Of a stretch of DNA of 64,000 nt, positions 1 to 11,827 are shown piece by piece. Each line of letters begins with the position of its first letter. Positions within the stretch are counted from its first letter, which is position 1. Below the pieces are notes generated by a model. That model was not told the origin of the DNA, did no database searches, and saw only the letters and a program-made list of their open reading frames with translations. A program made the translations under genes and the position numbers. Source of the stretch: a bacterium (GTDB taxonomy: Bacteria > Patescibacteriota > Dojkabacteria > JAKAPS01 > JAJZLI01); NCBI GenBank assembly GCA_027459825.1, contig DAIDGT010000003.1, forward strand, positions 1,277-65,276, read 5' to 3'.

Positions 1-1738
<1,738 letters not shown>

Positions 1739-1744
1739 ATTTTT

Positions 1745-2002
1745 ATGAATAAAAATTTTCATTTAAGAATTCTATCTTTAAAGGAACTTGTATTTGAAGG
1801 AGATGTATTATCATTTTCTGGGACAAATTCTGTTGGGGATTTTGACATATTGAAAGACCACATAAACTTCATATCACTTTTATCTCCAGGAAGTACGATT
1901 CAATATGTTGAGTCTTCTGGGAAAAAATCTGTAGATGTTTCTATATCAACAGGTGTATTAATATTTAGTAAAAATGTGGCTAAAGTTTTTATAGATTTTT
2001 AA
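1745..2002 (+). CDS. atpC: ATP synthase epsilon subunit, beta-sandwich domain only
   Basis: GDFDILKDHINFISLL motif; follows atpD; 85 aa. Confidence 0.8.
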   Translation: MNKNFHLRILSLKELVFEGDVLSFSGTNSVGDFDILKDHINFISLLSPGSTIQYVESSGKKSVDVSISTGVLIFSKNVAKVFIDF

Positions 2003-2754
2003 AAATATACTATTATTATATAACTGATAATTATAGCAAGTATAATAAGTAGTGCTGAAAACCCTGTCTGTTTTAAAAACTTTTTTAAAATTTTATCTTT
2101 AGATAATGGTGTTCTTCCGGTAAGCTCTATTGCATTTATAGATGATCTTACAAAACTAATTCCTGCAAATACAAATGTTCCTAGAGTTATTAGGGTTATA
2201 ATAATAAATTGAACAACAGTTATAGGCCTTCCTATTAATGGAGCTCCTATTGAATATAGTATTCCGTCTAAACTGGCGGTTCCTGCATTATTTGCTTGAT
2301 AGTGTATGTTTATTGCAACAATGATTTTTCCTACATAAAAACCATCTTCTTTTATTGCTCCCTTGGAATTTCCTGAGAAAGATGATAATGCTTCTCCTAT
2401 GGATATATTTTGTGTATTGTCCAATCTTCCTACCCCAGGGATTTGTGAGGGAGAAATTTCGTCTCCTTTTGAAATATTTCCATTTTGGTTAGAGACATAA
2501 ACTTCATGTATGCCTGTATTGGAAACAGTTATGCCTCCATTTGTATCTGTGACGACTCCAAGTGTATTATAGCTATTTGAAATATCTGTTTTGGAAATAC
2601 TATCATTTATTGAGGTAGAAACTATATCTCCAACAATAATACCTGATTTATTATTAGAGTATGTAATCGATAACGCAAATGCATGAATTGTTTGAATGGT
2701 TATTATATATATAATAGGGATTGCTATCAGTATTACAATGATAAATTTCCTCAT
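1999..2754 (-). CDS. Membrane-anchored exported protein with a peptidase-G2/intramolecular-chaperone-like beta domain
   Basis: N-terminal signal/TM, VYVSNQNGNISKGDEISPSQIPGVG...IGEAL motif, two C-terminal TM helices. Confidence 0.5.
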   Translation of the reverse strand: MRKFIIVILIAIPIIYIITIQTIHAFALSITYSNNKSGIIVGDIVSTSINDSISKTDISNSYNTLGVVTDTNGGITVSNTGIHEVYVSNQNGNISKGDEISPSQIPGVGRLDNTQNISIGEALSSFSGNSKGAIKEDGFYVGKIIVAINIHYQANNAGTASLDGILYSIGAPLIGRPITVVQFIIITLITLGTFVFAGISFVRSSINAIELTGRTPLSKDKILKKFLKQTGFSALLIILAIIISYIIIVYF

Positions 2755-2866
2755 ACTTAAAATATTATATTTTATATCAGTATATTACAATCCTTGTAAG
2801 ATAGTAGGGGATGTAGTACATTGTAATATGTCATATCTTTATTAATCAGTGATGTTATTGTAGCTT

Positions 2867-4087
2867 ATGTCTATTTTTTCTAAAAAGACAAATGTGGATG
2901 ACCAGTATTTCTTATCATTGGATATAGGTACTGAGTTTGTTAAAGTTCTAGTATGTCATATCGTTGATGATGTTGTTGAAATTTTGGGTTTTGGTAAGAC
3001 AAGACAATCTATGACTGCTATGAAGGGAGGTGTTGTTACTAATATCAAGAGTGTTGTCGATTGCTGTTTTAAATCAATAGAAATGGCAATGAATAAGTTG
3101 GATATAGATACGCCACAAAAAGTAGTTGTTGGAATTGCTGGGGAACTTGTAAAAGGTGTTAGTGTTAAATTAAATTATGAAAGGGATGATGCTAATACAA
3201 AAATTGATTCTAATGAGATAAAAAAAATATTAGAAAAGGTAAGTGTTAGCGCAGATGCTGAAGCAAAAAAGAGGTTTGCAGAGGCTACTGGTACAACAAG
3301 TACGCAAATAAAGTTAATTAATGCAACAATTACCGATACATATATAGATGATTACAGAGTATTAAATCCTGTTGGGCTTAAGGGAAGCAAGGTTACTTTT
3401 AATATATATTTTGTATATGCTCCACTAGTTTTTGCTGGTGCGGTAGAGGATATTCTAAAAGAATTGAATTTAGACCCTATCGTTATTGCAGTTCAACCAT
3501 TTGCTATTGCGAGGTCTATTAAGGGGTCCAAAAATGAAAATTTTGACGGGATAATTATTGATGTTGGTGGAGGAACTACTGATGTTGCTTTGGTTTTACA
3601 TGGAACATTTCAGGATACTAAGATGTTTGCAATGGGGGGTAGAATTTTTACTAAGAGGGTGGCTGCAGATATGTCCCTCTCTTATGAGGAGGCTGAAAAA
3701 ACTAAAATTGATTATGCCGAAATGAAGCTTGAAAAAGGTACTGCATTACAGGTTAGGGATTCTATAAAGAAGGATTTAGATTTATGGATCTCTGGTGTAG
3801 AAATTGCATTGGAGGAAATGGATAATGTTAAAGTTTTCCCAGATCAAATTCTTATTTGTGGAGGTGGTTCTAAATTATCAGAAATAAGATCAAAGCTTGT
3901 TGAATATCCGTGGTCAGTTATACTTCCATTTAATAGAAATCCTAAAATAAATTTTTTATCTCCTGAAAAGATTGATAGTATAGTAGATAAAACTTTGCAG
4001 TTGACCAATCCTGAAGATGTTACTCCTGTTTCTCTTGCTAGGATTGTTCTTGATATAGTTAAAGATGATATAGTTATTGCTGTATGA
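2867..4087 (+). CDS. ftsA: FtsA-family actin-like ATPase
   Basis: LDIGTEFVK, IDVGGGTTD, AEKTK, ICGGGSKL actin-fold motifs. Confidence 0.85.
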   Translation: MSIFSKKTNVDDQYFLSLDIGTEFVKVLVCHIVDDVVEILGFGKTRQSMTAMKGGVVTNIKSVVDCCFKSIEMAMNKLDIDTPQKVVVGIAGELVKGVSVKLNYERDDANTKIDSNEIKKILEKVSVSADAEAKKRFAEATGTTSTQIKLINATITDTYIDDYRVLNPVGLKGSKVTFNIYFVYAPLVFAGAVEDILKELNLDPIVIAVQPFAIARSIKGSKNENFDGIIIDVGGGTTDVALVLHGTFQDTKMFAMGGRIFTKRVAADMSLSYEEAEKTKIDYAEMKLEKGTALQVRDSIKKDLDLWISGVEIALEEMDNVKVFPDQILICGGGSKLSEIRSKLVEYPWSVILPFNRNPKINFLSPEKIDSIVDKTLQLTNPEDVTPVSLARIVLDIVKDDIVIAV

Positions 4088-6075
4088 AAGATACTAAAGT
4101 TTTCGTTGACTTAGATGACGAGATAACATTTGTTTCTGATAAGGTACTAAAAGCTCCAACCAACAGGGTTATACTGGTTATTCCTGAAAAATCTTCAGTC
4201 ATTGCTTCTCTTGTTGGTTTAAAAATGCTTAGGCGTATCTTTGATAAAAATAATAAAGATGTTGTTTTGGTAACTACTGATGAGATCGGTAAGAGAGTTG
4301 CTTTAAATGCTGGATTTGTATCTACACAAAGGATAGGAGATGTTAATGACGATTTATGGAGAGAGTCTATTGCTTTGAAAAAACGCTTTGCTGAAGCTTC
4401 AAAATTATCAAATAAAATTCCATTTTCTGAAGATATATATGCTGTAGTTGATAATAAACCTGATTCCAATAATAGTATCTCTTCAGATAATGTGGATCTA
4501 AATACTAATAATAACAGTAGTAATGATATTAACGATTCTTTTGTTACAACTGATACTTCTTTACCTGATAATAATGTATATAAATCCGAATCTGTAAAAC
4601 GTATATCTTTTGAATCAACTGATGTTGATGATGATACCCTAAAAGAAGAAGTAGTTAAAAATCAAAAAATTGAAGATAATATAGATAACCTTTCAAAAAA
4701 AGTGTCTTTGGATGGGTTTGATCTTCTTGTAGGTGGGGATATTGCGTCTTCTGATGATACAGTACATACTAATGAGTCTAATTCTAATAAATATTCTGAA
4801 AATAGGGAGTGGGATTATGCTAAACAGGATCATGCTAATTCAAAATTTGATGATAATAATAGTTCATACTCACCTCCTCATGTAAATGGAGTATCTTTTG
4901 TAAATTCTATATTAGGCAGAATTCCCAAAATGAAGAATGCAAAGACCAATAGGATATTTATCATATTAGGTGTTTTTATACTACTTTGTCTTTTCATTAT
5001 ATATTATTTATTTTTAACATCTGCTGATGTTGCTATTCAAGTAAAAGGTGAGCCAATATCTTCTACTGCTACTATTTTAATCAGCCCTAATATTTCTTCT
5101 ATTAATACTTCAAAATTAGAAATTCCTGCAAAGGTTTTTGTAGTATCAGAATCAGGTTCAGATAGCGCTCCTACCACAGGTAGTAAAACTGTAACTACGG
5201 GTAGTTTTGCATCTGGAAGTATTACTTTAACTAATTCAACCTCCAATTCTATTACTCTTTCTTCAGGAACTGTATTTACTGGGTCTAGTAACTATACATG
5301 TACTAATTCTTCTTCTGTTACTGTACCTGCTGCTACAGAGAATAAAAGTGGAGGGGTAGTTACTGGAGTTACTTATGGTACAGTGTCATTTACTTGTACT
5401 GCCAGTGTGAATACTGCAGACGTTGCAGGTGATACATTTTCTGTACAGGGTTATAGTAGTAGTGAGCTGACAGGAACCAATCCTAATGCCTTTACAGCAG
5501 GTAATGAATCCTCTCAGACAGAGCAAGTAGTTTCTTCTTCTGATCAGCAAAATTTAGAACAAAGTTTATCTTCTCAGTTATATCAAAGAGGACAGACAGA
5601 TTTACAGTCTAAAGTTGGCAATTACTCATTAATTTCTCAAAGTGTTCAAAATATAACGGTTAATGCAACGTTTGATAATCAGGTTGGTACTCAGGCTCAA
5701 GTATTGAATTTGTCAGAACAGACTAAAACTCAGGGGGAAGCTTATAACCAAAATGATTTTACCTCTGTTATTAAATCAAACCTTGAAGGTAATTCTAATC
5801 TTGTTAGAAATATGACTGTGTCTATTAAGAAAATTGAAGTTATCTCTGGGCAGGTTGAAGCATTAGTATCATATCAGGCTGTTTTGTACAAAAATACGAA
5901 TAAAACAAATATAGCTAATGCAATAAAAGGAAAGAGTTTTAGCGCTGCTAAATCATATATATATGGTATTAATAACGTAAAGAGTGTTACTATAACAGAC
6001 CATCCTCGTATATTCTCTTTGATTGGATACCTTCCTTCCAGTCTTTCTAAGATAAACGTATCGATTTCAGATTAG
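4084..6075 (+). CDS. Bitopic membrane protein: conserved cytoplasmic N-domain, D/N/S linker, TM, extracellular baseplate-J-like domain
   Basis: 4-nt overlap with ftsA; TM near residue 295; ASGSITLTN...LSSGTVF...NPNAFTAG pattern. Confidence 0.55.
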   Translation: MKDTKVFVDLDDEITFVSDKVLKAPTNRVILVIPEKSSVIASLVGLKMLRRIFDKNNKDVVLVTTDEIGKRVALNAGFVSTQRIGDVNDDLWRESIALKKRFAEASKLSNKIPFSEDIYAVVDNKPDSNNSISSDNVDLNTNNNSSNDINDSFVTTDTSLPDNNVYKSESVKRISFESTDVDDDTLKEEVVKNQKIEDNIDNLSKKVSLDGFDLLVGGDIASSDDTVHTNESNSNKYSENREWDYAKQDHANSKFDDNNSSYSPPHVNGVSFVNSILGRIPKMKNAKTNRIFIILGVFILLCLFIIYYLFLTSADVAIQVKGEPISSTATILISPNISSINTSKLEIPAKVFVVSESGSDSAPTTGSKTVTTGSFASGSITLTNSTSNSITLSSGTVFTGSSNYTCTNSSSVTVPAATENKSGGVVTGVTYGTVSFTCTASVNTADVAGDTFSVQGYSSSELTGTNPNAFTAGNESSQTEQVVSSSDQQNLEQSLSSQLYQRGQTDLQSKVGNYSLISQSVQNITVNATFDNQVGTQAQVLNLSEQTKTQGEAYNQNDFTSVIKSNLEGNSNLVRNMTVSIKKIEVISGQVEALVSYQAVLYKNTNKTNIANAIKGKSFSAAKSYIYGINNVKSVTITDHPRIFSLIGYLPSSLSKINVSISD

Positions 6076-6788
6076 TCTGCGTTTATTGTAATGGAATTTA
6101 TTTTTATATCCTGTAAAGGTTTATCGTTATTTTTTGTGTCTACAGATGTATTTTGTATTTCAGATAGAACATTGTATCCTGAAGTTACTTTGCCAAACAC
6201 TGTATACATTCCATTAAGTTGAGACTCTTTTGCCATTGCAATGAAGAATTGACTTCCATTTGTGTTTGGACCAGAATTTGCCATTGCAATAGAATATTGA
6301 GATACAGGGTATGATTTTATATTATAATCGTAGTTATATCCCTCTTTTGTATACGCATTTACAAGTTGAGATGGTATTCCTAAGCTTTTAGGGTTGATTT
6401 GATCTTGAAATTTATATCCTGGTCCTCCCGTTAAACTACCATTTGGTGATCCTGCTTGTACAACAAATCCTTTCACAACTCTGTCAACTATTGTATTGTT
6501 ATAGAACCCACTTTTTGCAAGGAAATAGAAATTATTTACTGCTAGTGGAGCAGATTTTGGGTATAGTGTGAAGTTTATGTCTCCAAGTGATGTGGAAATT
6601 GTACCTGTGTAACTTTTATTTGTATTAATACACATCCTTGGATATGATGAATATTTTTTTATATTTGGTTGAAAAGGTATGTAGCACAAGCTTGGTTTTA
6701 TTTGAATTGTATATATAATACCAGATAGTGTGAGTATTACTAATACTGCATAAATTATTATTACTGTATTTGAAACATTTTTCTTCAT
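6072..6788 (-). CDS. Membrane-anchored cyclophilin-type peptidyl-prolyl isomerase
   Basis: APLAVNNF, RVVKGFVVQAG, AMANSGPNTNGSQFFI, YTVFGKV. Confidence 0.95.
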   Translation of the reverse strand: MKKNVSNTVIIIYAVLVILTLSGIIYTIQIKPSLCYIPFQPNIKKYSSYPRMCINTNKSYTGTISTSLGDINFTLYPKSAPLAVNNFYFLAKSGFYNNTIVDRVVKGFVVQAGSPNGSLTGGPGYKFQDQINPKSLGIPSQLVNAYTKEGYNYDYNIKSYPVSQYSIAMANSGPNTNGSQFFIAMAKESQLNGMYTVFGKVTSGYNVLSEIQNTSVDTKNNDKPLQDIKINSITINAD

Positions 6789-6877
6789 ACTTGTATGTGA
6801 TTTATATCATTATTTTGGAATTTACTCAATGTCTGTTTGTTATATTTGTTTTATTGATGTTATAATCACCTCACATT

Positions 6878-7303
6878 ATGGATTCCGAAATATTAAGACC
6901 GTATGTAGATACTGGAGATTTACATCCTTTAGGGGAAACAGTGAAATCTTTATATGAAACTGTTTTCAGTATATTTTCTAATTCTAAAAATAATGCGATT
7001 ATTTTAGATCACGGTCGAGGTTTTAGAATACTATTTAGGAATAACTCAAATGTAGTGTTGATATCAATGGTCTCTCAAATTGGTGGTCGAGAAAGCACAT
7101 TATATATTGATTTTCGTGAAGATGGAATGTCAAATTTTTTTATACTCTCTCCTGATGGGAAATGTAAAATGTATTATTTTGATTCTGATGAAGATTATAA
7201 AAGCGGTGTTAGCAAACAGGACATGTTAGGTATTAGTTCTTCTGTAAGTAATGAAGACCTATTATCTCTTATGGGTAAGTTAACATCAATTTTTCCTGAA
7301 TAA
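6878..7303 (+). CDS. Hypothetical protein
   Basis: 141-aa ORF with TGtTATAAT 11 nt upstream; no recognisable motif. Confidence 0.6.
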   Translation: MDSEILRPYVDTGDLHPLGETVKSLYETVFSIFSNSKNNAIILDHGRGFRILFRNNSNVVLISMVSQIGGRESTLYIDFREDGMSNFFILSPDGKCKMYYFDSDEDYKSGVSKQDMLGISSSVSNEDLLSLMGKLTSIFPE

Positions 7304-7380
7304 ATAATAATTGCGAATTATTTATTAAATATTGTTATTTCCTATCTTTTGGTATATAAATTAAGGTAGTACAATGTTTT

Positions 7381-9558
7381 ATGGGCAGAAAACGTCTCTC
7401 TAGGTTTACAAAATTTAAAAGGAAAGCAGGATTAGCTTTTAAGGGGAAGGATACATATACTGTTATTGGTATAGTTCTCCTTGTAATCTCTCTTTTGAGT
7501 TTTATCGGTATTTTTGTGCATATCAAGGGTATTAGCTTTTTATATATAATATTTGGATGGGGTTTGCCTATATTTGCAGTTTTTTCCTTTTTACTCTCTT
7601 TGCGTTTTTTAGGTACAAAAAATAGGTTTAACACATTTTCCACTCTTTTTGGTATGACCATTTTCACAATATCCATACTTGGTTTTATTAATGCTGTTTC
7701 TAATCCATCCATAAGTTTATATTTATCAGAGCATGGAAAATTGGGAGGTGCTGTTGGTTACCTAACATTTCATCTTTTAGATAAATATTTGGCAAAAGCC
7801 GGAACTATTATAATTTTGATACCTGTTATTGTTATTTCTTTTCTTATGTCGTTATCTTTTTCTTTTGCAGAATCTTTGAGATCTATAAAATGGGCATTAA
7901 ATACGATCTTTGTATTTATAGGAAGCTTCTTCGAAAAGGATGATGCAATGATTCGTAATAATGTTGGGGATGGAAAAATTAAAAATTTAGAATTTGAAGT
8001 TACTGGGGTAGATGATAAAGAAGATGTTTCTCCTCAGATGATTGGAGGAGATTTAATACTGCAAAAGAAACCTGATGTAAAACAGGCTATTCCTGCTGCA
8101 GAATCGGAAGCAATGAAACCTCATTTTGATAATTGGCAACTTCCACCTATTGAATTTCTTAATGAGATAAAAAGAGTTAATAATATTAATCCCTCAGATA
8201 TAAAGAAAAATTCAGAAATTATAGAAAGAACACTTGCGAGTTTTGGAATTACATCAAAAGTTGTTGATGTATCTTCTGGTCCTGTAGTAACAAGATATGC
8301 ACTACAGATTACAATGGGAACTAAGGTTTCTAAAATTAATAATCTGGATAGAGATATTGCACTTGCTCTTGCTGCTCCATCTGGATCTGTTCGAATTGAG
8401 GCACCAATTCCAGGTACATCCCTTGTAGGTATTGAAATGCCTAATACTAGATCTCAAGCCGTTGCATTAAAAAATATTATAGATACTCCAGAATTTCAAA
8501 ATATGTCTTTAACTTTACCAATTGCGATGGGAGAAGATGTATCCGGAAAAATTATAATTAGAGATCTTGCATCAATGCCTCATTTGCTTATTGCAGGATC
8601 TACTGGATCTGGTAAGAGTATGCTTATAAACTCTGTCATTATGGGTCTTTTATATAGGCACTCTCCTGATACTTTAAAGTTTATTCTTGTTGATCCTAAG
8701 CATGTAGAACTTTCCGTTTATAATGGAATTCCTCATCTACTTACTCCCGTTATAACAGATATGGAAAATGTAAATAATGCTCTCAAATGGGCGGTAAAGG
8801 AAATGGATACTAGATATCAGTTATTAAAGGAGGATGGAGCTCGTAACATTGCTGGATATAATGCAAATAAAGAAAGAGAAGGGAAATTAAGTAACATTGT
8901 TGTCATTATTGATGAAATGGCAGACTTGATGCTTACAAAGGGAATTGAGGTAGAAAATTCAATTGTAAGGCTTGCCCAAATGGCAAGGGCAGTAGGAATT
9001 CATCTTGTTCTTGCAACCCAAAGACCTTCAGTAAATGTTATTACTGGTATTATTAAAGCAAATATTCCTGCTAGAATTGCTCTTTCTGTGGCTTCAGTAA
9101 TTGACTCCCGTGTTATTCTAGATCAACTTGGCGCAGAAACTCTTTTAGGTAGAGGAGATATGTTGTTTAAGAGTCCCGATATGGGAAAAACTATTAGAGT
9201 CCAGGGAGCACTTGTTACTGAAGAGGAAATCTCTCGCGTTATCAAATTTATATCTGAGCAGGGAACTGCTGAATATAATGAATCTGTCCTAACTCCTCAG
9301 AGAGATAGTAATTCTTTTGTATCGGAAAATGGAGCTGTATTATCTGAAGATAATCTTTTTCCTGATGCTGTAAGAATTGTTGTTGCGGCAAAGAGGGGGT
9401 CTGCTTCAATTTTGCAGTCAAAATTAAAAATAGGTTATGCAAGAGCTGCAAGGCTTATATTAGAACTTGAAGAGAAGGGTGTTGTAGGTCCTCAAGATGG
9501 TTCTAAGCCTCGGGATGTGCTTATTCAGGATGCTGAAAGTTTTCTCTCTAATACATAG
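7381..9558 (+). CDS. ftsK: DNA translocase FtsK/SpoIIIE
   Basis: N-terminal TMs, PHLLIAGSTGSGKS, IDEMADLM, ATQRPS, C-terminal gamma domain IGYARAARL. Confidence 0.97.
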   Translation: MGRKRLSRFTKFKRKAGLAFKGKDTYTVIGIVLLVISLLSFIGIFVHIKGISFLYIIFGWGLPIFAVFSFLLSLRFLGTKNRFNTFSTLFGMTIFTISILGFINAVSNPSISLYLSEHGKLGGAVGYLTFHLLDKYLAKAGTIIILIPVIVISFLMSLSFSFAESLRSIKWALNTIFVFIGSFFEKDDAMIRNNVGDGKIKNLEFEVTGVDDKEDVSPQMIGGDLILQKKPDVKQAIPAAESEAMKPHFDNWQLPPIEFLNEIKRVNNINPSDIKKNSEIIERTLASFGITSKVVDVSSGPVVTRYALQITMGTKVSKINNLDRDIALALAAPSGSVRIEAPIPGTSLVGIEMPNTRSQAVALKNIIDTPEFQNMSLTLPIAMGEDVSGKIIIRDLASMPHLLIAGSTGSGKSMLINSVIMGLLYRHSPDTLKFILVDPKHVELSVYNGIPHLLTPVITDMENVNNALKWAVKEMDTRYQLLKEDGARNIAGYNANKEREGKLSNIVVIIDEMADLMLTKGIEVENSIVRLAQMARAVGIHLVLATQRPSVNVITGIIKANIPARIALSVASVIDSRVILDQLGAETLLGRGDMLFKSPDMGKTIRVQGALVTEEEISRVIKFISEQGTAEYNESVLTPQRDSNSFVSENGAVLSEDNLFPDAVRIVVAAKRGSASILQSKLKIGYARAARLILELEEKGVVGPQDGSKPRDVLIQDAESFLSNT

Positions 9559-9602
9559 TAGTATTGTGCAAATCTTTATTTCATGATATATACTGTCAAA
9601 AT

Positions 9603-9782
9603 ATGGAAAATGAAAGAAGTTTAGATTCACAAGGGGGTAATGTTGTTGATATGTTAGAGTTTAAAACTGAACGAAATGAAAGAGAGAATTTAGCTGGATA
9701 TATCAATGATCTTGATTATAGGGATTTTTTCTCTGGAATTGGTATAGATACTAGTAATTTGTCAGATGAACAAGTTTTGTAA
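9603..9782 (+). CDS. Small acidic hypothetical protein, possibly frameshift-truncated
   Basis: ATG 8 nt after TATACT; an alternative frame continues past the stop. Confidence 0.35.
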   Translation: MENERSLDSQGGNVVDMLEFKTERNERENLAGYINDLDYRDFFSGIGIDTSNLSDEQVL

Positions 9783-9834
9783 TTATTTGGAGAATGATGC
9801 GCCAAAATATGATATCGTTATTATCTATATAAAA

Positions 9835-10137
9835 TTACTTCTTTTTTGGTGATCTATTGAATATTGTTGCTATGGATTTTGCTAAATTGACGATATCCAC
9901 TGTTTGAGTCATTACCTTGCGTGCTTTTGATGATACAGACTTTGTGTCTTTTATAATTTCATTCACACCTTCTGTTCCTTTTCTTACACTATCTGTTATT
10001 CTGGATACATTGGATAACACTTTCCTACCTTCTTTTAAATCTTCATCAAGGTCACGAAGAGATATAATGAGTTGTAGTAAAAATATTACTGTGAGGATTG
10101 CTATGATTACGAAGATAACATCAAAGAATACATTCAT
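9835..10137 (-). CDS. DUF948/YoxC-like protein (N-terminal TM plus coiled coil)
   Basis: Hydrophobic N-terminus followed by amphipathic helix. Confidence 0.55.
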   Translation of the reverse strand: MNVFFDVIFVIIAILTVIFLLQLIISLRDLDEDLKEGRKVLSNVSRITDSVRKGTEGVNEIIKDTKSVSSKARKVMTQTVDIVNLAKSIATIFNRSPKKK

Positions 10138-10160
10138 ATATTTTTAGTCTAACATATTTA

Positions 10161-11087
10161 TTAACTTTTAGATATTGTTATTCCTCCATTCTTATACTTT
10201 ACAAGTATAAGACCCAGACCATTCCCATTCATTATATATGATTTTGAATGATAATATATTTCTATGTTTTGAATTTCTCCTGTGTTTATAATAATTGAAC
10301 TTACCCCTGTTACTTTTATGCTGGAGTTTGCATTTATGATTCCTTTATATAGTGTGTTATTTTGACTTTGCGCTTCCACAAATGTTGGTGAGTATATTGC
10401 CTTTATTGTAATTGAAAATGTATCTTCTTGTTTTTGAAGCACTGCTTGTTTATTTAAATAATCTACATCAACTATTCTTTGATTTACAATCCCTAATTGA
10501 TTTTTTGCTATTATTACTATTTTGTTCATACCATATTGAAGTCCTACATTTACAGAAAAATCCCCGTTAGTATCTAGGTTGGAGATTCCAGCTCCATTTA
10601 TTGTTATATTATTACCTATTTGTGTTTTCCCCTTTATTGTTATACTTGAGTTATATGTTGAAATACTATCTTTTGATGGGGATAGTATTGTTAATATTGG
10701 TGGCGTTTTATATATGGAATATTCATGTAGCGCATATATAATAATAACCCCAAGAATAATTATAATGGTTAGTATTGTGAAAAATGTTTTGCTGTGTAGT
10801 ATAAATGGTATTCGAACCTTGTTTTTCTTATTCTTCATTTGATGTCCTTCAACAACCTTACATTCTCTTCTAAACATCGCAATTATATTCTCGGTATTGA
10901 TTCCTAAATACTTTGCATAGATTTTTATAAATCCTTTTGTGGTAGATTGTGAAGGTAATTTATCATACTCTCCCTTCTCAAGAGCTATGATAAATGTTTG
11001 CTTTATTTTTAAAATTTTAGATACCTCTTCTATTGAGATATTTTTACTCTCCCTTGTCTCTTGTAATATTTCTGAAACGTTTTTCAT
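10161..11087 (-). CDS. rodZ: RodZ-like HTH membrane protein with Ig-like extracellular domains
   Basis: ALEKGEYDKLP...KGFIKIYAKYLG HTH, single TM, beta-rich C-terminus. Confidence 0.8.
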   Translation of the reverse strand: MKNVSEILQETRESKNISIEEVSKILKIKQTFIIALEKGEYDKLPSQSTTKGFIKIYAKYLGINTENIIAMFRRECKVVEGHQMKNKKNKVRIPFILHSKTFFTILTIIIILGVIIIYALHEYSIYKTPPILTILSPSKDSISTYNSSITIKGKTQIGNNITINGAGISNLDTNGDFSVNVGLQYGMNKIVIIAKNQLGIVNQRIVDVDYLNKQAVLQKQEDTFSITIKAIYSPTFVEAQSQNNTLYKGIINANSSIKVTGVSSIIINTGEIQNIEIYYHSKSYIMNGNGLGLILVKYKNGGITISKS

Positions 11088-11827
11088 AATCTAAATAATA
11101 ATTTTGCGTTATTTTCTGTTATCTCTTCTGTATTGTGTATTCCTTTTACTGTATTTATATTATCTATGACATATTTAATGTTTGCACTTTCATTTTGTTT
11201 AGTTTTAGATCCTTTAGGATTTAAAAATGGAGCATCCGTTTCTACTAAAATCTTATGAATACTTACCTCCCTGATGATATTCCTGATGTTGTCTGCGCTT
11301 TTGTATGTCGATATTCCATTAAATGATAAGTAAAATCCTATATCTATTAATTTATTTAATATGTTGATATCTCCGTCTGCGCTATGTACTACTCCAATGT
11401 TATTATTACCTTTATGATAATATGAAGAAAGTATATCATAAGTTTCCCTAAGTGCGTTTCGTGTATGAATTATTATCGGAAGTTTTTTTTCAATTGCTAT
11501 CTCTATTTGTATTCTAAATAATTTTTCTTGTACTTTTTTGTCTTGTTCCCTTGATAAATCTATCCCACACTCTCCTATTGCAATAGTCTCATCTGTAATT
11601 AAATCAAAAATTTGTTTTTTATCAATATTGTAAGATGATTCATCTGGGTGTATCCCAACTGCATATCTTAATAGTGGATCTTTATACTGATTTATAGAAT
11701 TTGAGTCTGATAAATTAGTTCCAGGAACAATGATTTGATGTACTCCATTTTGTATAGATCTGGATAATATTTGGGGGATGTCAGTATAGAATTCATTTGT
11801 TATGTGAGCATGCGTATCTATAGACAT
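11084..11827 (-). CDS. tatD: TatD family nuclease
   Basis: IDTHAH, GIHP, AIGECGID, IHTR, ETDAPFL. Confidence 0.95.
   Translation of the reverse strand: MSIDTHAHITNEFYTDIPQILSRSIQNGVHQIIVPGTNLSDSNSINQYKDPLLRYAVGIHPDESSYNIDKKQIFDLITDETIAIGECGIDLSREQDKKVQEKLFRIQIEIAIEKKLPIIIHTRNALRETYDILSSYYHKGNNNIGVVHSADGDINILNKLIDIGFYLSFNGISTYKSADNIRNIIREVSIHKILVETDAPFLNPKGSKTKQNESANIKYVIDNINTVKGIHNTEEITENNAKLLFRL

Noticed and set aside
4084..6075. Baseplate-J-like gene as evidence of a prophage or tailocin
   Set aside because: It has a TM anchor, is coupled to ftsA, and no other phage structural genes are nearby
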